From the NCBI GenBank assembly GCA_002269645.1, contig NIVC01000684.1, forward strand, positions 62,001 through 126,000: a stretch of 64,000 nt of DNA. Direction: 5' to 3'. Positions within the stretch are counted from its first letter, which is position 1; each line of letters starts with the position of its first letter. This document shows positions 44,015 to 55,964 of the stretch, one piece after another. Under the pieces are notes generated by a model, which was not told the origin of the DNA, ran no database searches, and saw only the letters and a program-made list of their open reading frames with translations. A program made the position numbers and the translations under genes. The DNA is from Macrostomum lignano (Eukaryota).

Positions 44015-45492
44015 TAGATCAGTTCAGTCGAGGTTCTCTAGATCAGTTCAGTCGAGGTTCTCTAGATCAGTTCAGTAGAGATTCTCTAGATCAGTTCAGT
44101 AGATTCTCTAGATCAGTTCAGTAAAGATTCTCTAGATCAGTTCAGTCGAGGTTCTCTAGATCAGTTCAGTAGGTTCTCTAGATCAGTTCAGTCGAGGTTC
44201 TCTAGATCAGTTCAGTAGAGATTCTCTAGATCAGTTCAGTAGATTCTCTAGATCAGTTCAGTAGGTTCTCTAGATCAGTTCAGTCGAGGTTCTCTAGATC
44301 AGTTCAGTAGAGATTCTCTAGATCAGTTCAGTAGAGATTCTCTAGATCAGTTCAGTAGATTCTCTAGATCAGTTCAGTAGAGATTCTCTAGATCAGTTCA
44401 GTCGAGGTTCTCTAGATCAGTTCAGTAGAGATTCTCTAGATCAGTTCAGTCGAGGTTCTCTAGATCAGTTCAGTCGAGGTTCTCTAGATCAGTTCAGTAG
44501 AGATTCTCTAGATCAGTTCAGTAGATTCTCTAGATCAGTTCAGTAGAGATTCTCTAGATCAGTTCAGTCGAGGTTCTCTAGATCAGTTCAGTAGGTTCTC
44601 TAGATCCGTTCAGTCGAGGTTCTCTAGATTAGTTCAGTCGAGGTTCTCTAGATCAGTTCAGTAGAGATTCTCTAGATCAGTTCAGTAGATTCTCTAGATC
44701 AGTTCAGTAGAGATTCTCTAGATCAGTTCAGTAGAGATTCTCTAGATCAGTTCAGTCGAGGTTCTCTAGATCAGTTCAGTAGAGATTCTCTAGATCAGTT
44801 CAGTCGAGGTTCTCTAGATCAGTTCAGTAGAGATTCTCTAGATCAGTTCAGTAGATTCTCTAGATCAGTTCAGTCGAGGTTCTCTAGATCAGTTCAGTAG
44901 AGATTCTCTAGATCAGTTCAGTAGAGATTCTCTAGATCAGTTCAGTAGATTCTCTAGATCAGTTCAGTAGAGATTCTCTAGATCAGTTCAGTAGAGATTC
45001 TCTAGATCAGTTCAGTCGAGGTTCTCTAGATCAGTTCAGTAGAGATTCTCTAGATCAGTTCAGTAGATTCTCTAGATCAGTTCAGTCGAGGTTCTCTAGA
45101 TCAGTTCAGTCGAGGCTCTCTAGATCAGTTCAGTCGAGGTTCTCTAGATCAGTTCAGTAGATTCTCTAGATCATTTCAGCCGAGGTTCTCTAGATCAGTT
45201 CAGTAGATTCTCTAGATCAGTTCAGTAGAGATTCTCTAGATCAGTTCAGTAGATTCTCTAGATCAGTTCAGTAGAGATTCTCTAGATCAGTTCAGTAGAG
45301 ATTCTCTAGATCAGTTCAGTCGAGGTTCTCTAGATCAGTTCAGTAGAGATTCTCTAGATCAGTTCAGTAGATTCTCTAGATCAGTTCAGTCGAGGTTCTC
45401 TAGATCAGTTCAGTCGAGGTTCTCTAGATCAGTTCAGTCGAGGTTCTCTAGATCAGTTCAGTAGATTCTCTAGATCAGTTCAGTAGAGATTC
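44015..45492. repeat. 22-24-bp multi-allele minisatellite: constant TCTAGATCAGTTCAG plus one of TCGAGGTTC / TAGAGATTC / TAGATTC / TAGGTTC, about 63 units
   Basis: Direct inspection; begins about 35 bp after the bHLH stop codon. Confidence 0.96.
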
Positions 45493-46419
45493 CCTACATC
45501 AAATTAACTCAGACTGCAGGAAGTTGCTTTACTTATTTGTTATAGCGAAACAATGAATTTTAACAATTCTGTCTCAGTATAGATAAATAAATGATTATAT
45601 GTATATATTTGTTGACAACTAAACAAAAGTGAAAAAAAATATAAAAAAATATAATACAGTCATTATATATTGCTACACAGTTGATGACGCTAAAAATAGA
45701 TTTTGTTTAATTTTGAGATTTTTCGCACAGATTTAAAAAAAGCTGTTAAAAACTAACTAACAAAGTTGTTGAAAAATTTACTGAAATATTATATATGTTT
45801 AAAATACATAAATATTGTTAATGAGCAAATTATTAAACTGTAAGCTAGAAAAAAGTAGGCAAATTTAGGCCTTTTAATACAATTATTTCCAATAAATTCC
45901 ATTTACTATATTCGGCACAAGACAAAAAGGAACGACAATAAATGACCGTCTTAGGTACAAATTATAGAAAAAAGGAGTTGAAAAATACATTTATATAAAT
46001 TAATTGCTTCGCAATGTAATTAGCAAGCGATAAAAAATTATAAAAAGATATTGCGTTTTGATTTGAAGGAAGCCGAAAAGACAAGATAGACGAATTATAC
46101 ACAGATTTGGGCTTCAGAGCCAGCTACGGAATTTCCATGGATTTTCCGGCAAAAAAGCGACCCGGAATTTCATGGATTCCCCCAAAAAGATTAAGGGTTT
46201 ACGGAGTTCTTCTTTTACATGGAATTAGTTTGTAAAACAAAGTGTTTGAAGTGAATGCAAACAAAAATTTTATTAGTGAGGCAATTTTAATACTATCGAA
46301 TGTGAGACATTGGCTATTGATATTTTGTTTATTCGATATAAATTTTACACAGACAATCGCGCGATAGAGGGAAACCAACACTGCATTAACGAAACATGAG
46401 CACCCAAAATACTTTGGTG

Positions 46420-46945
46420 GGTCACTGAAACACCACAGATTGCTCAGTGGGTCACTGAAACACCACAGATAGCTCAGTGGGTCACTGAAACACCACAGAT
46501 AGCTTAGTGAGTCACTGAAAAACCACAGATAGCTCAGTGGGTCACTGAAACACCACAGATAGCTCAGTGAGTCACTGAAAAACCACAGATAGCTCAGTGG
46601 GTCACTGAAACACCACAGATTGCTCAGTGAGTCACTGAAAAACCACAGATAGCTCAGTGGGTCACTGAAACACCACAGATTGCTCAGTGAGTCACTGAAA
46701 AACCACAGATAGCTCAGTGGGTCACTGAAACACCACAGATTGCTCAGTGAGTCACTGAAACACCACAGATAGCTCAGTGGGTCACTGAAACACCACAGAT
46801 TGCTCAGTGAGTCACTGAAAAACCACAGATAGCTCAGTGGGTAACTGAAACACCACAGATTGCTCAGTGAGTCACTGAAACACCACAGATTGCTCAGTGA
46901 GTCACTGAAACACCACAGATTGCTCAGTGGGTCACTGAAACACAG
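46420..46945. repeat. 30-bp minisatellite (GCTCAGTG[G/A]GTCACTGAAA[C/A]ACCACAGAT[A/T])n, about 17 copies
   Basis: G and A variants alternate, giving a 60-bp dimer. Confidence 0.96.
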
Positions 46946-47091
46946 TCGATTTTTTTTTAAATTCCATCAACTTAAGGAAACGGAACAGAAAACTTTAATA
47001 ATAAAGAGGCAGCACATACTACTAATTGAGTTAGTAGTGAAAAATCAGCAACCGCGTAGTTGAAAGATGATTAACAAATATAGTTAATTAC

Positions 47092-50000
47092 CGTTAGCAC
47101 CGACAGCAGGAGTCTGAGCAGCAGTCTGATTTGAAAACCAACGACTCCGTCTAGCGAGTCGTTCCAGCTGCCGTTTGCGCATGACCTGACTGGCTCGACT
47201 GCCGCCGGAGCCGCGCTGAAACTGGTGCGCCTGCTCAACCAGGTCTGACCAGCCGCTAATGGTCTGGAGAAATGGGTTGGGGGCGCTTCAGTAGGGGTTT
47301 AATTTATGGGGATAATGTCAATCCGTAGGAGAGCAGGAGCGGGATCTGGGACAACGGAGGCTAATATTGAGGATCTGGGAGGTTGGCCCAGCAACTGGGG
47401 ATCTGGGAGGCTGGCCCAGCAACTGAGGATCTGGGAGGCTGGCCCAGCAACTGAGGATCTGGGAGACTGGCCTAGCAACTGAGGATCTGGGAGGTTGGCC
47501 CAGCAACTGGGGATCTGGGAGGCTGGCCCAGCAACTGAGGATCTGGGAGGCTGGCCCAGCAACTGGGGATCTGGGAGGCTGGCCCAGCAACTGACACTCT
47601 GGGAGGCTGGCCCAGCAACTGAGGATCTGGGAGACTGGCCTAGCAACTGAGGATCTGGGAGGTTGGCCCAGCAACTGGGGATCTGGGAGGCTGGCCCAGC
47701 AACTGAGGATCTGGGAGACTGGCCCAGCAACTGAGGATCTGGGAGGCTGGCCCAGCAACTGAGGATCTGGGAGGCTGGCCCAGCAACTGAGGGTCTGGGA
47801 GGCTGGCCCAGCAACTGACACTCTGGGAGGCTGGCCCAGCAACTGGGGATCTGGAAGGCTGGCCCAGCAACTGAGGATCTGGGAGGCTGGCCCAGCAACT
47901 GAGGGTCTGGGAGGCTGGCCCAGCAACTGGGGATCTGGGAGGCTGGCCCGGCAACTGACACTCTGAGAGGCTGGCCCAGCAACTGAGGGTCTGGGAGGCT
48001 GGCCCAGCAACTGAGGATCTGGGAGACTGGCCAGAAATTGGGGATCTGGGAGGCTGGCCCAGCAACTGAGGATTTAGGAGGCTGGCCCAGCAACTGAGGA
48101 TCTGGGAGGTTGGCCCAGAAACTGAGGATCTAGGAGAAAGCAAAGCAACAAAGCAAGCCCAGCAAAAAACTCACCATTCTGCTAGCTTTTTGATTTTGAG
48201 CTCCGCAGTCTGCTGCCTGCTGCTCCTGAGCCGATTGAGGCAATGCCGCTTCGTCGCAGTCAACTGCGCAGGCGAGAGCGGAGAGGAACTCGGATTGGGT
48301 GCTTCGAACCGAAAGCAGCGAAGCGGTAGATGATGCAGCCGCCGGCTCCAGCTGCGTCAGCGAACGGCGGCGAGCGAGTTGCGATGCCATTGGTGCGTCT
48401 GCGGGTGATGAGCGCGCACTGCGTACATTGGTGTACATCAGATGTACATTAGGGGTAGGGGAGAGATTGATCAGATGTACATTAGGGGTAGGGGGAGAGA
48501 GACTGATCAGATGTACATTGGGGGTAGGGGAGAGACTGATCAGATGTACATTAGGGGTAGGGGGAGAGAGAGACTGATAAGATGTACATTAGAGGTAGGG
48601 GAGAGAGACTGATCAGATGTACATTAGGGGTAGGGGGAGAGATTGATCAGATGTACATTAGGGGTAGGGAGAGAGAGAGACTGATAAGATGTACATTAGA
48701 GGTAGGGGAGAGAGACTGATCAGATGTACATTAGGGGTAGGGGGAGAGAGACTGATCAGATGTACATTAGGGGTAGGGGGAGAGAGAGACTGATAAGATG
48801 TACATTAGAGGTAGGGGAGAGAGACTGATCAGATGTACATTAGGGGTAGGGGGAGAGAGATTGATCAGATGTACATTAGGGGTAGGGAGAGAGAGAGACT
48901 GATAAGATGTACATTAGAGGTAGGGGAGAGAGACTGATCAGATGTACATTAGGGGTAGGGGAGAGAGACTGATCAGATGTACATTAGGGATAGGGGAGAG
49001 AGACTGATCAGATGTACATTAGGGGTAGGGGGGGGGCTAGTCAGCTGACATTGAGTGTGCATCAGATATACATTAATTAGGAATTAAGATTATTAAGTAT
49101 AATTTACCCAAAACTGCGGAATCTGAGCCAGTGGTCTCAAATTCCACCACAGTTGGCGCTGTAAATACAAAAAAATGATTAAAATGTTATGTCTACAGGA
49201 CTGAAATAGCTTATCGGATAGAGAATATCAATTTTCAACATCAGCTTACCGGATCCTCCAACATCTGCGTGCACATCTACTATTGAAGGGCCATCGACTT
49301 GATCTGTGAAGTACTGCCGCATCTCCTGGCTGAATAGCTGTTGAGAATCGTCAAATCCATCTATTAGCAGTGTCATAACGCGCGAGGCTTGTTCCACCTT
49401 AGAGGCCAGGTAAATTTACGGCTTTTATTGTTGTTTTGATGAAAATAATGAGTAGGACTTTACCAATTTCTTTCAATTTGTTTGCCGCACCACTAGGCAC
49501 TATTCACTGCCTCAATCTCCACCCTACCCGTAATGTACATCTGATCAGTCTCTCTCCCCTACCCCAATTTACATCTGATCAGTCTCTCTCCCCTACCCCA
49601 ATGTACATCTGATCAGTCTCTCTCCCCTACCCCAATGTACATCTGATCAGCCTCTCTCCCCTACCCCAATGTACATCTGATCAGCCTCTCTCCCCTACCC
49701 CTTGCCTTCCTACCCCTAATGTACATCTGATAAGTCTCTCTTTCCCACCCCAAATGTACATCTGATCAGTCTCCCTTCCTATCCTCAATGTACATCTGAT
49801 AAGTCACCTTTCCCACCCCAAATGTACATCTGATCAGTCCCACTTCCAACCCCTAATGTACATCTGATCAGTCTCCCTTCCTACCCTCAATGTACATCTG
49901 ATCAGTCTCCCTGCAACGTACATCTAAAGTACACCATATGCTAGCAGACCAGCTCTGTCCACCAATATATCAAGAGCCCAGCTAATGATTGACCTATTAT

Positions 50001-52799
50001 AATTACCGCTATTACAAACAAACTAACCTTTAGAGGATGGTGGGCGCAGGTGTGAAACACGCTACCAGCAACGCTTTTAGCTACGGCCTCGAGTGCTGCA
50101 GGCTGAGGCACCAGCGATTGGGTGGCCATGCGGTGCCACAGGCCGAAGCAGAGAGCGACCAGTTGCCATGACGCAAGAGGCAGCGCATCCAGCACTCTGG
50201 GAGGGGAGAAGCGAGAGATCAGACAGTGGACTTAAAGATTGACTTATAAAATCATTGCGAATTATTATCAGAATAGGGTTATGACCATTGGGAGAATATG
50301 ATCAGAATAGGGTTATGACCATTGGGAGAATATGATCAGAATAGGGTTATGACCATTGGGAGAGTATGATCAGAATAGGGTTATGACCAATGGGAGAATA
50401 TAATCAGAATAGGGTTATGACAATTGGGAGAATATGATCCGAATACGTTTATGAGCATTGGGAGAGTATGATCAGAATAGGGTTATGTTATGACCATTGG
50501 GAGAATATGATCAGAATACGTTTATGACAATTGGGAGAATATAATCATAAGGGTTATGACTGAAATTGAGACATGGAAAAAATAGGACTAGGTCTAGGAC
50601 GAAAATTTTGCAATAAATCATAAAACATTAGCGAGAAAAAAACAATAAATAATAATTGTTAATAAAGTCCATATGCGATTAGCCTGCAACCAATCAAATA
50701 AACACTTAATATAAATGAGCTGCGCCACAAACAGTCTAATGTTAAATTTAAAACATTAATCTGTACGTGTTCGGTATCGCACGCAGATCAGTATCCTGCC
50801 GGGGGTTTATAAGTTAGTAGAGGCTTAAAAACAACCCAATGCGCCCTCTATACTCTTGGCTAGCTAAGAGACCGACCGCCGACCGATAGAGTGGAGAGAA
50901 ATTCATCTAACAGGCGTGCAACGTTAAGCCCTGTTAGTGTAGACACGTAGAAGCGGTGTGGCTTAGAAATTAATAACATGGATGTAGCCATGCATTCGCT
51001 GACTTATGTTAGTTGGTTCGCAATCGTAATGTTTAAAATTTGTTTCTCGGAAACACGCAAAAAGCTAGCTATAACTTCTCTGCTTAACAAGCAAGCATGC
51101 GCAGAGAAGCTGCACTGTACAAGTGCTTTAAGCAGAATGAACTTCCTTCGGCTTTTGTGTTGCCATTGTTTCTAAATTAGCTGCGAACTGTACTGGATTT
51201 TGGGAGATGAGGATTGGGGCGATTCTGAATGACGATTGGGGCGATTGTTGATGAGGATTGGGGCGATTCTGAATCATGATAGGGGCGATTCTGGATGATG
51301 ATAGGGGCGATTGTTGATGAGGATTGACCCGATTCTGGATGAGGATTGGGGCGATTCTGAATGAGGATTGGGGCGATTCTGAATGAGGATTGGGGCGATT
51401 CTGGATGATAAGGATTGGCCCGATTCTGAATGATGAGGATTTGCCCGATTCTGGATGAGGATTGGGGCGATTCTGAATGAGGATTGGGGCGATTCTGAAT
51501 GAGGATTGGGGCGATTCTGAATGAGGATTGGGGCGATTCTGAATGAGGATTGGGGCGATTCTGGATGATGAGGATTGGGGCGATTCTGGATGATGAGGAT
51601 TGGGGCTATTCTGGATGATGAGGATTGGCCCGATTCTGGATGAGGATTGATGCGATTCTGAATGAGGATTGGGGCGATTCTGGATGATGAGGATTGGCCC
51701 GATTCTGGATGATGAGGATTGGCCCGATTCTGGATGAGGATTGATGCGATTCTGAATGAGGATTGGGGCGATTCTGGATGATGAGGATTGGCCCGATTCT
51801 GGATGATGAGGATTGGCCCGATTCTGGATGAGGATTGGGGCGATTCTGGATGATGAGGATTGGGGCGATTCTGAATGAGGATTGGGGCGATTCTGGATGA
51901 TGAGGATTGGGGCGATTCTGAATGAGGATTGGGGCGATTCTGGATGAGGATCGGGGCGATTTTGGATGATGAGGATTTAAGCGAACACGTAAGCGAGGGC
52001 GATTCTGGATGATGAGGATTGGGGCGATTTTGGATGATGAGGATAGGGGAGATTCTGGATGATGAGGATTGGCCCGATTCTGGATGATGAGGATTGGGGC
52101 GATTCTGGATGATGAGGATTGGGGCGATTCTGGATGATGAGAATCGGGGCGATTCTGGATGATGAGGATTCTCGATGGGGAGTGGGGCTTTTGGGGAGTT
52201 TCAATGATAGAACATCTACATGTGAATTATCCCGAGTTCACTTACTGTCGCACAGTTGTTATCTGATCCTCGGCATCTGTCAGGTCATCAACAGACAACA
52301 GGACAGCTTCTCCATCGCTGCCAAACAGACCGTCAGGCAGAGCTAATAGAAATTTCTTAGCAACGTTAGCCAAAGTGAAATGGCTGACACCGCAACAGTC
52401 GCCTTCTAGATCGACGCAGACACCCCGGGTCATGCAGTGTATGATGCGTTTTACATCACCAGGATTTCCTGGTCTGCGAAAAAGATCTGGCACGCTGGCA
52501 AAATCTCTGGCCAATCTGACCAATAATTGACGCAGGGGTTCTGGCAGACATCTAATATTATTTGGATCGCTAGAATGTAAATTGGCGCCAAAAATCACTG
52601 GCTCAACTTGAATAGCCTGTTGCTGGTTGCTAATGTTGTTGATGATTGTTGAATTATAACTTGCATGATTGACGCCACTGTCTGTTTGTTGATCATCGGT
52701 TCGATTTACGCAGTTAAACAAAGATCTAATTAGAGACATTGCACCTTTAGCCTCAGCATCTGACGCTGCAGCCTGTTGCTCCTGTTGTCCCATTTCCAT
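47092..52799 (-). CDS. RhoGAP-domain protein; join(52799..52246,50196..50028,49397..49250,48398..48175,47263..47092) plus a tentative terminal exon at 45513..45509 (V-stop)
   Basis: VIFGANL, PEPLRQLL, DLFRRPGN (arginine finger), TLANVAKKFLLALPDGLF, VLDALP...LVALCFGLWHRM. All junctions are GT-AG with consistent phases (2,0,1,0,1). The terminal exon and any upstream exon are uncertain. Confidence 0.85.
47370..48135. repeat. 28-bp minisatellite (GGGAGGCTGGCCCAGCAACTGAGGATCT)n in a RhoGAP intron
   Basis: About 27 units; source of ORFs 47299-48143. Confidence 0.96.
48428..49037. repeat. About 35-bp minisatellite (CTGATCAGATGTACATTAGGGGTAGGGGGAGAGAGA)n
   Basis: About 17 units; an inverted counterpart lies at 49521-49937. 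Confidence 0.95.
49521..49937. repeat. Inverted copy of the 48428-49037 minisatellite (AATGTACATCTGATCAGTCTCTCTCCCCTACCCC)n
   Basis: Reverse-complement units, more diverged toward 49900. Confidence 0.93.
50268..50560. repeat. About 34-bp minisatellite (ATGATCAGAATAGGGTTATGACCATTGGGAGAAT)n
   Basis: About 8 units. Confidence 0.9.
51205..52170. repeat. 22-25-bp minisatellite (GATGATGAGGATTGGGGCGATTCTG)n
   Basis: About 40 units, ending about 70 bp from the RhoGAP exon-1 donor. Confidence 0.95.
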
Positions 52800-53554
52800 T
52801 GTTTGGCTAATAAAGCACACAAAAATATTTCTAAATAAACGAGACAGAAATTATTAAAATTCAATCATTTCTAGAAGTCAAAGCACTTGGCTTTGCATGA
52901 TCAAATTTAATTTGCATAAAAGTGCAGAAAATGACATGTATGCTACAATTACATATTAGCATTTCAATGTAATTGTAATTAGATATATAGAAAATTTGTA
53001 TGCAACATATTATGGCTATTTGAGAAAATACTACCAAAATGGCAAAACAAGTGCCAATGAGTAGAAAATATGATAAATTAAGCTTTCTTTCCTACCATAT
53101 TAAATAGACAAAAAGGGAAAAACAAGAATTTATTTCTTAATTACTATGATCTTTTGGTTTTATCCCAGTATCAAGGCACTTACTTCTTTAGCATGATTGC
53201 TAGCAGTTTTATTACTAATGCTTTGCTGCTATTGTCAAAGTATAAGCTAGCTCTACCAAATTGCTATTAAAGTTAAAAACAAAAGTAATACAAAAAATCT
53301 AGTTATTTTTATTACTTTTCATAAGTCAATTTTATGTAATATACTAGCTAGCAATCTAGTGCGGCCCCCCTTCGGGGTGCCCAATAAGAAAGGAGCAAAA
53401 ATAGTTCATGGAAAAAAGCAATTAAAAAAGCACATTTTCTTAAGAACCAATTCCTTCTTCACTTTTAAAAATCACTTTTGTGTAAAATTGACACAGACAA
53501 AGATGTTTGCTATGAATCACTTTTAGTATAGGTCCCCTTAAATAGAAAATATTC

Positions 53555-54750
53555 CCAAGACAGCAAGCATCCCCAAGATAGCAAGCACCCCCTCCAAAAG
53601 CAAGCAACCGCAGATAGCAAGCATCCCCTAATCAGTGGTCGTGGCGGGTCTCCTTCTAAATTTTCGCGCCACCCAAATTTTTTCGCGCCATAGGTATCTA
53701 CATGTATATGCCAGCTAAGAATACCCAACTTTGATTATAAGAATTTATGCTAACTGCGGTACAGATAAGTTTGCAACACAAATATTGTTTTGATTGTAAA
53801 ATTAAACAGACAGTGTAACTGTGTAAGTCATAGTCAAAGTGCAATAATGAATTTTGTTTTGCTCCTACAATTTGAATTCAAACATATTGAACCAACTTCA
53901 CATTAGGGAAACATTTCGTGTATTTAATGACTGGTATGTAGTGATATTAAACAAAATGGTATTTGTACATAGGTATAAGTAGATATAAGTAGATATAAGT
54001 AGGTATAAGTAGATTATACATAGGTACAAAATATCTTGCAGCTATTTGTACATAGCTGCAAGACAAGAAAAGTGACGACTAAAGTCGTCATTAAGTAAAA
54101 GTAAGTAAGTAAAAGTAACATGCATATTAAGGACTACTATGGCGAATGGCGAAAAAGGGGATTTTTTCCCTAAATTTTCGCGCCATTAGCCATCCGAATT
54201 TTTCGCGCCAGCCTCGAAAAATTCGCGTATTCGCGCCATTTTCGCGTCGGCGCGAATTCGCGCCACCGCCACGACCACTGCCCCTAATGCTCATAGCAAG
54301 CATCACCCTAGATGGCAAGCATCTGCAAATAGCAAGCATCCCCCAGATAGCAAGCATCATCCCAGATAGCAAACATCTATAGACAGCAAGCATCCCCAGA
54401 TAGAAGCATCTATCCAGATTGCAAGCATCCTGCAGATAGAAGCATCCCCAGATAGAAGCATCATCACCCAGATAGCAAGCATTCTGCAGATAGCAAGCAT
54501 CCCCCAGATATTGTTGAAGCATCCATCCAGATAGCAAGCATCGCTGCATATTAGCAAGCACCCCCCAGATATTATAGAAGCATCTGCAGATAGCAAGCAC
54601 CTCCCAGATATTATAGAAGCATCCACCCAGATAGCAAGCATCCCTAGACAGAAAGAATCCCATACATGTAGCCAGTACCCCCCTCCCAAATAGCAAGTAC
54701 CCCCCCCCTTGAGAGCAAGCATCCTCCAGATAGCAAGCATCCACAAGAAA
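53555..54750. repeat. About 18-bp minisatellite (CAGATAGCAAGCATCCCC)n interrupted by a MITE; second block at about 56545-57000
   Basis: Units on both sides of 53633-54280 and again near 56.5 kb. Confidence 0.9.
53633..54280. mobile_element. hAT-like MITE (648 bp) inserted in a minisatellite
   Basis: 15-bp TIR CAGTGGTCGTGGCGG...CCGCCACGACCACTG; 8-bp TSD CCCCTAAT (53625-53632 and 54281-54288); subterminal TTCGCGCCA repeats. Confidence 0.88.
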
Positions 54751-54929
54751 GCAAGTAGCTAGTGCAAATGTTACTTCTGCTAATGCAATAATTGCTTTCT
54801 CAGGTTGTGCAACAATCCATGTCTTAGCGAGCGCAATAATCTCTTTTTTAGACAGTGCAATTATCAGCTTCTCAGCTAGTGCAATAATCTTTTACTCATC
54901 AAGACCAAAAATTGATGTCTCAGCTAGTG

Positions 54930-55880
54930 CAATAGCCTTTTCTAATCTAGTGCAGTAATCCTTGGTTTATCAAGTGCAATAATCCTTAGTTTATCAAATG
55001 CAGTAATCAGTGCAATAGTCATTAGTTTATCAAGTGCAATATTCCTTGGCTTATCAAGTGCAATAATCCTTGTTTATTAAGTGCAGTAATCCTTAGTTTA
55101 TCAAGCACAGTAATCCTTAGCTTATCAAGTGCAGTAATCCTTGGTTTATAAGTGCAGTAATCCTTAGTTTATCAAGCACAGTAATCCTTAGCTTATCAAG
55201 TGCAGTAATCCTTGGTTTATCAAGTGCAATAATCCTTGGTTTATGAAGTGCAATAATCCTTAGTTTATCAAACGCAGTAATCAAGTGCAATAGTCATTAG
55301 TTTATCAAGTGCAATATTCCTTGGCTTATCAAGTGCAATAATCCTTGGTTTATTAAGTGCGTAATCCTTAGTTTATCAAGCGCAGTAATCAAGTGCAATA
55401 GTCATTAGTTTATCAAGTGCAATATTCCTTGGCTTATCAAGTGCAATAATCCTTGGTTTATTAAGTGCAGTAATCCTTAGTTTATCAAGCACAGTAATCC
55501 TTAGCTTATCAAGTGCAGTAATCCTTGGTTTATCAAGTGCAATAATCCTTGGTTTATCAAGTGCAATAATCCTTAGTTTATCAACGCAGTAATCAAGTGC
55601 AATAGTCATTAGTTTATCAAGTGCAATAATCCTTGGTTTATTAAGTGCAGTAATCCTTAGTTTATCAAGCACAGTAATCCTTAGCTTATCAAGTGCAGTA
55701 ATCCTTGGTTTATTAAGTGCAGTAATCCTTAGTTTATCAAGCACAGTAATCCTTAGCTTATCAAGTGCAGTAATCCTTGTTTATCAAGTGCAATAATCAT
55801 TGGCTTATCAAGTGCAATAATCATTGGCTTATCAAGTGCAATAATCATTGGCTTATCAAGTGCAATAATCCTTGGTTTAG
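54930..55880. repeat. 24-bp minisatellite (TTATCAAGTGCAATAATCCTTGGT)n
   Basis: About 40 units with higher-order blocks. Confidence 0.94.
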
Positions 55881-55964
55881 CAAGCACCATAATCCAGGTC
55901 TTTTTAATTAGTCCTTTAATGAAAGCTTTCAATAAAAAAATCATGCTACTTTTATTTTTTAATA

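Noticed and set aside
44015-45492. CRISPR-like pattern (constant repeat plus variable spacer)
   Set aside because: The 'spacers' are only four 7-9-bp alleles of the same unit, there are no cas genes, and the context is eukaryotic. It is a variant minisatellite.
50268-50560. Telomere-like TAGGGTT within the 34-bp repeat
   Set aside because: Only one such motif per unit, with no (TTAGGG)n run.
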